In this document: positions 56,283-64,000 of the stretch, piece after piece
How the letters are laid out: the number at the start of each line of letters is the position of its first letter
Position numbering within the stretch: position 1 is the stretch's first letter
From: an uncultured Pelagibacteraceae bacterium
GTDB taxonomy: Bacteria > Pseudomonadota > Alphaproteobacteria > Pelagibacterales > Pelagibacteraceae
Direction: 5' to 3'
Length of the DNA stretch: 64,000 nucleotides
Assembly (NCBI GenBank): GCA_902628525.1
Contig: CACOMZ010000001.1
Location: 141,186-205,185 of the forward strand
The notes under the pieces: model-generated
What the model was told of the DNA's origin: nothing
Databases searched by the model: none
Seen by the model: the letters and a program-made list of their open reading frames with translations, nothing else
Translations under genes and position numbers: made by a program

Positions 56283-57885
56283 AATATTTAAATTTTTAGA
56301 CAATACTTTTTTTGATTTGGGAAGACAATTCAAACTAAGTTATCTCCCACCATTAATGGTTTACCTGGCTGCAGGAATTTCTGGCCTTACAGGTATTGTA
56401 GGAACTTTCTTTGTTAAAGATTATTTAAATTTGTCAGCAGCTTTTTTAGCTGGACTTGGTTTTTGGGCTGGAATTCCCTGGGCGTTAAAAATGCCTTTAG
56501 GGCATTTAGTTGATCTTATTTGGGAAAGAAAAAATTATATGGTTTACTTTGGGGCGTCATTAATAGCTCTAAGTTTATTAATTATGTATGGTCTTATTAT
56601 ACATACTGAGGAAATGGCCCAAATATTTTCCGTTGAAACTTGGTTTGTAGTTAGCGTTATTCTTGCACCCGTTGGTTACGTGGTTCAAGATGTTGTAGCA
56701 GACGCAATGACTGTAGAAGCAGTTCCCTTAATTGATGAAGCAGGCAACGACTATTCACGTGATGAAATAAAAATAATGCATACAACAATGCAAACACTTG
56801 GTAGATTTGCAATAATTGGCGGTACAGTCCTAGTTGCCTTAGTTAACGTAATTTTATTTAGAGATGTTGATGGTTTAGAAGAAGCAGACAAAATTATTTT
56901 GTATGGTAAAATTTATATTTATGCTCTTATAATTCCCATAGTCTCTATCCTGGGTGTAATTTTTGCTAATTATTTAAAGCAACAGAAACAATTAAATTTA
57001 AGATCTCAAGGCTTAGAATTTAAAGATGAAAGAGGCAATCAGAAGACAAAAGTAAATTGGTGGATTTTAGGAGGCAGTTTAATTTTTGTCATATTTACCT
57101 TATCTGTTGGCTCATTTAATGTTCCTTTTGCTCAAGAGATTGTCTTTCTAGGTTCGGTAGTAATTATTTTATTCTTAATGTTTAAACTTATAAAAGAGTT
57201 ACCAGAGGAATTAAGACTGACCATAGTAGGAACAGCTGTAATTATTTTTATATTTCGCGCCATGCCAGGACCAGGACCAGGGTTAACTTGGTTTGAAATT
57301 GACGTGCTAGGATTTAATGAACAGTTTTTTTCAATTTTATCTTTACTCGCATCTATTTTAACTTTAGCTGGAATTGTTTTATTAAGACCGTTTATGGCAA
57401 ATAATTCTATAGCTAAAATTATTGTCGTTTTAAGCATCGCAGGCGCAATTTTATTTTTACCAAGTGTTGGAATGTATTATGGTTTTCACAATTGGACGTC
57501 CTCTTTAACAGGTGGAGTTGTTGATGCAAAATTTATAGCTTTAATAAACACAGCGTTAGAATCTCCATTAGGACAAGTATCCATGATACCTTTACTTGCT
57601 TGGATTGCAAAAAATGCACCAACTCATTTAAAAGCAACTTTTTTTGCAGTATTCGCTTCATTTACTAATCTTGCATTATCTGCCAGCGCATTGGGAACAA
57701 AATATTTAAATCAAATTTTTACAGTAACAAGAGAAGTTAAAGATAAGGTTTCAGGCGAAATTCAAACTACTGCCGATTACTCCGAACTCGGGATATTATT
57801 AATTGTTGTTACAATTTTAACATTAGTTTTACCTATTATTTTCGTATTTATTATTAATAATAGTGAGTACAAAACATCAGAATAA
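56275..57885 (+). CDS. MFS transporter, BT1 (folate-biopterin transporter)-like
   Basis: About 12 TMs. PWALKMPLG..VD, QDVVADAM.VE and ATFFA..ASFTN resemble BT1 motifs. Confidence 0.7.
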   Translation: MNKIFKFLDNTFFDLGRQFKLSYLPPLMVYLAAGISGLTGIVGTFFVKDYLNLSAAFLAGLGFWAGIPWALKMPLGHLVDLIWERKNYMVYFGASLIALSLLIMYGLIIHTEEMAQIFSVETWFVVSVILAPVGYVVQDVVADAMTVEAVPLIDEAGNDYSRDEIKIMHTTMQTLGRFAIIGGTVLVALVNVILFRDVDGLEEADKIILYGKIYIYALIIPIVSILGVIFANYLKQQKQLNLRSQGLEFKDERGNQKTKVNWWILGGSLIFVIFTLSVGSFNVPFAQEIVFLGSVVIILFLMFKLIKELPEELRLTIVGTAVIIFIFRAMPGPGPGLTWFEIDVLGFNEQFFSILSLLASILTLAGIVLLRPFMANNSIAKIIVVLSIAGAILFLPSVGMYYGFHNWTSSLTGGVVDAKFIALINTALESPLGQVSMIPLLAWIAKNAPTHLKATFFAVFASFTNLALSASALGTKYLNQIFTVTREVKDKVSGEIQTTADYSELGILLIVVTILTLVLPIIFVFIINNSEYKTSE

Positions 57886-57918
57886 TAACTATATATATTT
57901 AATACTCTGGTAAATTTT

Positions 57919-58488
57919 ATGAAAAAAGTATTTCTTATTTATGGTCATTATAATGAAAACTCTTTTAATGCCGCCATACGAGATACTTTCATCAAAACTA
58001 TTGAAAAAAAAGGTCACACTGTAGATGTAGTGGATTTGTATAAAGAAAAATTTGATCCAGTATATTCTGGGGAGGAACCAGATGAAAATGTTTTAAATCA
58101 TAGAAAAAGAATAGAAGAATCAGATGCAATAGTAATTATTGCACCAATATGGAATTTTAGAATGCCAGCAATAGTTGAAGGTTGGATAGATAAAGTTTTA
58201 GCTCCACCTTGGGCATTTAAATTTAAAAAACTGTTTGGAAATTATGGTTATCCTATTGGAAATCTGAAAGGTAAAAAAGCAGTTGTATTTTGTACCTATG
58301 GATCACCCCAATTTGCTGTAAGAACCTTTTTTTTAAATATGCCAACGAAAAGATTAAGAAGAGGTGTTTTTAATATATGCGGCATCACGGATATTATATA
58401 TCGACGTTACTTTGCTGTACCATTTGTAGTAAGTGAAAAAAGAAAAAAATATTTAAAAGATGTCGAAAATACTGCAAACAAAATTTAA
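57919..58488 (+). CDS. NAD(P)H-dependent oxidoreductase (flavodoxin-2 / quinone reductase family)
   Basis: GH...SFN, DLY...FDP, PIWNF.MPA....WIDKV. Confidence 0.9.
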   Translation: MKKVFLIYGHYNENSFNAAIRDTFIKTIEKKGHTVDVVDLYKEKFDPVYSGEEPDENVLNHRKRIEESDAIVIIAPIWNFRMPAIVEGWIDKVLAPPWAFKFKKLFGNYGYPIGNLKGKKAVVFCTYGSPQFAVRTFFLNMPTKRLRRGVFNICGITDIIYRRYFAVPFVVSEKRKKYLKDVENTANKI

Positions 58489-58933
58489 GATAATATTGTT
58501 ACTGTTAATCTTCACTTCAATTTCGAAGGCAGATATATTAAAACCAAATAAAGATATTTTACCCTCCGAAGTGGTCAAAATTCAACTTACAGGTCTTCAA
58601 AATAATGACTCAGATTTTAAAGATGGAGGTATAGAGCAAACTTGGAACTTTGCACATCCCAATAATAAAAAAGTAACTGGTCCTTTGGGAAATTTTAAAA
58701 GAATGATTAAAAGTGATTCTTATCAAATGATGATTAATCATTTGACCCACACCATTACTGAGCTGGGTAGTAGTGACAAATGGGCTCAATTTGAGGTAAT
58801 TATTTTAGATAAAAATAAAATTTATCATAAGTTCAATTGGCAAGTAGAAAAATATACTTTAGATGGAGCATTAAAGGATTGCTGGTTAACCACTATGGTC
58901 TCAAATCCAATTCCTCTTGGCAGCTCAATTTGA
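58460..58933 (+). CDS. Exported hypothetical protein (DUF4864-like)
   Basis: Signal peptide, P.EVV.IQL..L, FAHP, F..MI...Y, CW.T pattern. Confidence 0.65.
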   Translation: MSKILQTKFKIILLLLIFTSISKADILKPNKDILPSEVVKIQLTGLQNNDSDFKDGGIEQTWNFAHPNNKKVTGPLGNFKRMIKSDSYQMMINHLTHTITELGSSDKWAQFEVIILDKNKIYHKFNWQVEKYTLDGALKDCWLTTMVSNPIPLGSSI

Positions 58934-58986
58934 CAATTTGTATATTTATTTTGTTTCGTATTTATTAAAAATTTAGTAGGAATTGC

Positions 58987-61422
58987 ATGATGAAAACAAA
59001 AACTAAAGTTGTAGTAGTTGGAGGGGGAGTTGTAGGCGTTAGTGCACTTTATCATCTTGCAAAAAAAGGCTGGTCGGATGTTGTATTGATTGAGAGAAAA
59101 GAATTAACTTCAGGATCTACATGGCATGCTGCGGGTTTATTACCATTATTTAACATGAGTTATTCTGTTGGACAGCTTCATAAGTATGCAGTAAATCTTT
59201 ATAAGAAATTAGAGGAAGAAACTGGAAAGAATGTCGGTTTTAGTGTTGTTTCAAATATTCGTCTAGCTAGTACAAAAGATAGAATGGATGAGTATCATCA
59301 GTATGCAGGTGTTGCTCGTACTATTGGTGTTGATGTTAAATTTTTAACCCCTCAACAAGTAAAAGAAATTTGGCCTTTGTGTCATACAGATGATTTAGTT
59401 GGTGCAATACAACACCCAGAGGATGGATACATCCAACCAGCAGATTTAACTCAAGCATTAGCAACTGGTGCAAGAAATAGAGGTGCTGAGATTTATAGAA
59501 ATACAACTGTTATTTCAATGAGACAAACTAAAGATGGATGGGTTGTTGAAACAGACAAAGGTTCTATAGAATGTGAACATGTTATTTCATGTTCAGGAAA
59601 TTTTGCTAGGCAAACTGGTGAGATGGTAGGATTAGATATTCCAGTTATACCAGTTGAGCATCAATACATAGTTACAGAACCACATCCAGAAATTCAAAAA
59701 AGAAAAAAAGATGGCTTACCTGAAATGGGAGTATTAAGAGATAGTGATAGCAGATGGTACATGAGAGAAGAAGCTGGTGGATTGATTTTAGGACCTTACG
59801 AAGATGGAGCACCTGCTTGTTATGTTGAAGGTCCATCAAAAAATTCAGAGTATGAATTATTTCAAGAAGATTTAGATAGATTAGCCCCACACATAGAAGG
59901 AGCAATTCACAGAGTCCCTGCTTTTGGAGAAGTAGGAGTTAAGAAAGTTTACAATGGAGCAATATGCTATACTCCAGATGGTAATCCAATTGTTGGACCT
60001 GCATGGGGTTTAAAAAATTTTTGGATTAATGAAGGACATAGTTTTGGAATAACAGCTGCCGGTGGAGCAGGATGGCAGTTAGCTGAATGGATAATTGATG
60101 GTGAGCCAACGATAGATATGTTAGGTGTAGAACCAAGACGTTATGGAAACTATGCAACTAAATCTTATTTAAAAGCAAAAAATGAAGAAGCATACAGTCA
60201 TGTATTTATAGTTCATTACCCAGATGAGGAAAGACCTGCAGCAAGACCATTGAGAACTGCTCCATGTTATGAACGAATGAAAAATCTGGGTGCAGTTTTT
60301 GGTCAAAAATTTGGATGGGAAAGACCTAATTTTTTTGCAACAGATGGCATGGAACAAAAAGATGATTGGTCATTTAGAAGATCGAAATGGTTCGATGCTA
60401 TTAAAAAAGAATGCCAAAATGTTAAAGAAAATGTTGGTCTTTTAGATATGACTGCTTTTGCAAAATGTAGAATTAGAGGACCTAAAGCTGAAGAGTTTTT
60501 AGATTATTTAGTCGCAAATAAACTTCCAAAAAAAATTGGAAGAATTAATTTATGTCATGCTTTAAATACAAAAGGTGGAGTTCATTCTGAATTTACTATC
60601 ATGAAAGAAGCAGAAAATAGTTATTATTTAGTCTCTGCTGGAGCTAATTTAAGATTAGATCATGACTGGATACAGAAATGGATGCCAAATGATGGTTCAG
60701 TTATTTTTGAAGATTTAACTAATAGCACTGGAGTTTTAGTTGTTGCAGGCCCAAAGGCCAGACAACTAATGCAAAAAGTTTCTACAGACGACTTTTCAAA
60801 TGAGAATTTTAAATGGCTTACTGCAAAAAATGTAAACGTTGGCTATGCTCCAGTAAATGCAATGAGAGTAAACTTTGTTGGTGAACTTGGTTGGGAGTTG
60901 CATCACCCAATTGAATATCAAAATCATATATTTGATAAGTTAATGGAGGCTGGTAAAGACCTAGGTATAAAACCTTTTGGAATAAGAGCGATGAATAGTT
61001 TGAGAGTAGAGAAATCTTATAAACTAGTTGGCACTGAACTTTCAATTGAATACTCTCCTTACGAATCTGGTCTTGATAGATTTGTTCATCCAAACAAAGG
61101 TAACTTCATAGGATTAGAGGCTTTAAATAAATGGAGAGAAAAAGGATTTGATAACAAATTAGTAACTTTAGAGGTTCATAATACTAAAGATGCTGATGTA
61201 TTAGGAAATAATCCAATTTTTAAAGATGGCAAAGTAGTTGGTAGAGCAACTGGTGGAGAATTTGGTTTTAGACTAGATAAATCAATAGCTTTAGCAATGG
61301 TAAAACCAGATTGTTCAAATGTGGGCGACAAATTACAAGTTGATATTTTAGGCGAAATGTATGACGCTACTGTTCTAGACGAGAGTCCATATGACTCAGA
61401 AAATAATTTATTGAGAGCTTAA
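58987..61422 (+). CDS. Dimethylglycine dehydrogenase family (FAD + GcvT)
   Basis: [36 protein letters not shown]. Coupled to etfBA. Confidence 0.9.
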   Translation: MMKTKTKVVVVGGGVVGVSALYHLAKKGWSDVVLIERKELTSGSTWHAAGLLPLFNMSYSVGQLHKYAVNLYKKLEEETGKNVGFSVVSNIRLASTKDRMDEYHQYAGVARTIGVDVKFLTPQQVKEIWPLCHTDDLVGAIQHPEDGYIQPADLTQALATGARNRGAEIYRNTTVISMRQTKDGWVVETDKGSIECEHVISCSGNFARQTGEMVGLDIPVIPVEHQYIVTEPHPEIQKRKKDGLPEMGVLRDSDSRWYMREEAGGLILGPYEDGAPACYVEGPSKNSEYELFQEDLDRLAPHIEGAIHRVPAFGEVGVKKVYNGAICYTPDGNPIVGPAWGLKNFWINEGHSFGITAAGGAGWQLAEWIIDGEPTIDMLGVEPRRYGNYATKSYLKAKNEEAYSHVFIVHYPDEERPAARPLRTAPCYERMKNLGAVFGQKFGWERPNFFATDGMEQKDDWSFRRSKWFDAIKKECQNVKENVGLLDMTAFAKCRIRGPKAEEFLDYLVANKLPKKIGRINLCHALNTKGGVHSEFTIMKEAENSYYLVSAGANLRLDHDWIQKWMPNDGSVIFEDLTNSTGVLVVAGPKARQLMQKVSTDDFSNENFKWLTAKNVNVGYAPVNAMRVNFVGELGWELHHPIEYQNHIFDKLMEAGKDLGIKPFGIRAMNSLRVEKSYKLVGTELSIEYSPYESGLDRFVHPNKGNFIGLEALNKWREKGFDNKLVTLEVHNTKDADVLGNNPIFKDGKVVGRATGGEFGFRLDKSIALAMVKPDCSNVGDKLQVDILGEMYDATVLDESPYDSENNLLRA

Positions 61423-62171
61423 TGAAAATTTTAGTCGCTGTAAAAAGAGTAATTGATTACAATGTCCAAATCCGAGTTAAGGAAGATAATTCTGGTATAG
61501 TAACCGACAACGTCAAAATGTCTACAAATCCACCAGATGACAATGCGATTGAGGAGGCTGTTAAAATCAAAGAGTCAGGTAAAGCAACTGAGGTGGTTGC
61601 AATAACTGTAGGAGAAGAAAAAGCTCAAGAGACAGTAAGAAAAGCTCTTGCAGTAGGAGCGGACAGAGGAATTCATGTTAAAGCAAATGGCATACTTGAA
61701 CCATTAGCAGTTTCAAAAATTTTAAAAATAATTGTAGAAAAAGAAAAACCAGATTTAGTATTTATGGGTAAACAAGCAATTGATGATGATTGTAATCAGA
61801 CGGGACAAATGTTGAGCGCATTATTAAACTGGCCACAAGCAACTTTTGCATCCAAAATTGAAGTTAAAGATAATAAGTTAGAGGTTACAAGAGAAATAGA
61901 TGAGGGACTTGAAACAATTGAAATTAATACTCCAGCTATTGTAACATGTGATTTAAGACTTAATGAACCAAGGTACGCTTCATTGCCAAATATAATGAAA
62001 GCAAAAAAAAAACCAATTGAGGAATTACTGGCATCAGATTTAGGAGTAGATATAACACCAAGACTTGAGCAGATTAAGGTAGAAGAACCTCCTAAAAGAA
62101 AAGCAGGTATTAAAGTTGCAAATGTTGCGGAATTAGTTCAAAAATTAAAAAATGAAGCGAAGGTGATATAA
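61422..62171 (+). CDS. etfB: Electron transfer flavoprotein beta subunit
   Basis: [26 protein letters not shown]. Confidence 0.95.
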   Translation: MKILVAVKRVIDYNVQIRVKEDNSGIVTDNVKMSTNPPDDNAIEEAVKIKESGKATEVVAITVGEEKAQETVRKALAVGADRGIHVKANGILEPLAVSKILKIIVEKEKPDLVFMGKQAIDDDCNQTGQMLSALLNWPQATFASKIEVKDNKLEVTREIDEGLETIEINTPAIVTCDLRLNEPRYASLPNIMKAKKKPIEELLASDLGVDITPRLEQIKVEEPPKRKAGIKVANVAELVQKLKNEAKVI

Positions 62172-63124
62172 TGGCAGTCTTACTTATAGCTGAGCATAAT
62201 AATAAAGAATTAAAACCATTTACTCTAAATGCAGCCACTGCTGCTTCTCAAATTGATGCAGAAGTCCATGCGGTTGTGATTGGCCATAATAGTGGTGAGG
62301 CCGCAAAAAAATTGTCAGAGCTTCCAGTAATTAAAAAAGTACTAAATGTAGAAGCAACCTATTACGAAAATTATACTGCAGAAAATTTTGCTCCAGTAGT
62401 AATTAAACTTGCCGAAAACTATTCACATGTAGTTTGTTCTGCTAATACGTTTGGAAAAAATTTAATGCCAAGAATTGCAGCACATCTAGACACTTCACAA
62501 GTAAGTGACATTATTAAAGTTCTTGGGCCAGATACTTTTTTAAGACCAATTTACGCTGGTAATGCTTTTGCTACAATAAAAAGTAATGATGCAAAAAAAT
62601 GTGTAACAATAAGACCAACTTCTTTTGATCCCTGTGAAAGCACTGGAGGTTCAGCACCAATTGAAAATATAGATAGCAGTGAAGAATTTTCGAATACTAA
62701 GTTTATAAAAAGAGAAGAAATAAAATCTGACAGGCCTGAACTTGGAACAGCAAGAATTGTTGTCTCAGGTGGAAGAGGTATGCAAAGCGGAGATAATTTT
62801 AAACTGATTACTGAAGTTGCAGATAAACTCGGTGCAGCAATAGGTGCATCTAGAGCAGCTGTTGATGCTGGCTATATTAGTAATGATCATCAAGTTGGCC
62901 AAACAGGAAAAGTTGTTGTTCCTGATTTATATATAGCAATAGGAATTTCTGGAGCAATACAGCATTTAGCAGGAATGAAGGAAAGCAAAATTATAGTAGC
63001 AATTAATAAAGATGGAGAAGCGCCAATTTTTAGCGTCGCTGATTACGGATTAGAGGCTGATTTATTTGAGGCCATCCCTCAGTTCATGGAAGAGTTGAAC
63101 AAATTAAACACTATACAAAAATAA
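62171..63124 (+). CDS. etfA: Electron transfer flavoprotein alpha subunit
   Basis: RPIYAGNA, SGGRG, ASRAAVD, QVGQTG, GISGAIQH, INKD. Confidence 0.95.
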   Translation: MAVLLIAEHNNKELKPFTLNAATAASQIDAEVHAVVIGHNSGEAAKKLSELPVIKKVLNVEATYYENYTAENFAPVVIKLAENYSHVVCSANTFGKNLMPRIAAHLDTSQVSDIIKVLGPDTFLRPIYAGNAFATIKSNDAKKCVTIRPTSFDPCESTGGSAPIENIDSSEEFSNTKFIKREEIKSDRPELGTARIVVSGGRGMQSGDNFKLITEVADKLGAAIGASRAAVDAGYISNDHQVGQTGKVVVPDLYIAIGISGAIQHLAGMKESKIIVAINKDGEAPIFSVADYGLEADLFEAIPQFMEELNKLNTIQK

Positions 63125-63147
63125 TCCTTACAGTTAAAAACTAGAGT

Positions 63148-64000
63148 ATGTCTAGAGAATCCATGGAATATGATGTTGTAATTATTGGTGGGGGGCCATC
63201 AGGTTTGTCAACTGCAATTAAAATAAAACAATTAGATCCAAATTTAAATGTTTGTTTATTAGAGAAAGCATCAGAAATTGGAGCTCATATTTTGAGTGGT
63301 AATGTTTTTGAAACAAGAGCATTAGATGAATTATTCCCAAATTGGAAAGAATTAAATTCACCAATTAAAACAAAAGTCACTAAAGAGAAGTTTTTATTTT
63401 TAGGAAAAAATAAATCCCTAAGTTGGCCAACTTGGCTACTTCCATCTGTGCAACAAAATCATAATAATTATATTATTAGTTTAGCAAATTTATGCAGATG
63501 GCTAGCAGAGCAAGCTGAAGCTTTAGGAGTAGAAATTTTTCCAGGATTTCCAGCAAGTGAGGTCTTATATAATGAAGATGGATCTGTAAAAGGTGTTGCA
63601 ACCCAGGATATGGGAATAGATAAAGAAGGTAAAAAAAAAGATAGCTTTGAACCTGGAATAGAACTTTTAGGAAAAGTAACTGTTTTTGCAGAGGGCTGCA
63701 GAGGTCATTTAGGAAAACAATTAATTCAAAAATTTGATTTAGACAAAGGAAAAGATCCTCAACAATACGGGATTGGTTTTAAAGAGATATGGGAAGTAAA
63801 TGAAAAAAATCATGAAGAGGGTTTAGTAATGCATACTGCTGGATGGCCGCTAGACAATAGCACTTATGGGGGCAGTTTCATGTATCATGCAGAAAATAAA
63901 CAAGTTTTTTTAGGTTATGTGATTGGTTTAGATTATAAAAATCCACACTTATCACCCTATGATGAGTTTCAAAGATTTAAAACTCATCCAGCGATTAAAA
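63148..64000 (+). CDS. ETF-ubiquinone oxidoreductase (5' part; runs off the window)
   Basis: Own translation from ATG 63148: MSRESMEYDVVIIGGGPSG...LEKASEIGAHILSG...AEGCRG...HTAGWP. Open to the window end. Confidence 0.92.
   Translation, partial: MSRESMEYDVVIIGGGPSGLSTAIKIKQLDPNLNVCLLEKASEIGAHILSGNVFETRALDELFPNWKELNSPIKTKVTKEKFLFLGKNKSLSWPTWLLPSVQQNHNNYIISLANLCRWLAEQAEALGVEIFPGFPASEVLYNEDGSVKGVATQDMGIDKEGKKKDSFEPGIELLGKVTVFAEGCRGHLGKQLIQKFDLDKGKDPQQYGIGFKEIWEVNEKNHEEGLVMHTAGWPLDNSTYGGSFMYHAENKQVFLGYVIGLDYKNPHLSPYDEFQRFKTHPAIK

Noticed and set aside
1271-61093. About 45 short ORFs (60-130 aa) in the track that are antisense to, or nested in, long genes
   Set aside because: They are shadow frames of well-supported CDSs and have no recognisable motifs.
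1-64000. Mobile element or horizontally acquired island
   Set aside because: No integrase, transposase, tRNA or att repeat, and no obvious compositional break by eye.

Overview
AT-rich (visually ~30% GC), very gene-dense window with tiny or overlapping intergenic spacers. Composition and gene content fit a streamlined marine alphaproteobacterium of the SAR11/Pelagibacterales type (inference). Almost the whole window is a methylated-amine / betaine / C1 catabolism supercluster. The left half has tmm, tmoX-W-V, tdm, a canonical gmaS(glnT)-mgsABC cluster and a second paralogous cassette (GS-like, mgsABC-like, FAD oxidoreductase) with a divergent Amt, then fhs and soxBDAG/mgdABCD. The right half has a DmdA/GcvT-like demethylase with metF, an ATPase-less ProXW pair, a Rieske oxygenase, bhmT, two dimethylglycine-dehydrogenase-family enzymes, a DddP-like lyase, an APS-kinase-like plus nucleotidyltransferase pair, a 2OG-Fe(II) oxygenase, a BT1 transporter, and etfBA with a partial ETF-QO. 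purE/purK, a cold-shock gene, glpK and gpsA are interspersed. I saw no rRNA, tRNA, CRISPR or mobile element. The best candidates for undescribed biology are: (1) the second glutamylation cassette downstream of tdm, a candidate Dmm-independent dimethylamine pathway; (2) the Rieske-bhmT-dmgdh-MTase-dddP-kinase-NTase-oxygenase operon, possibly for an unidentified onium osmolyte. All family calls come from motif recognition by eye; no database search was run.
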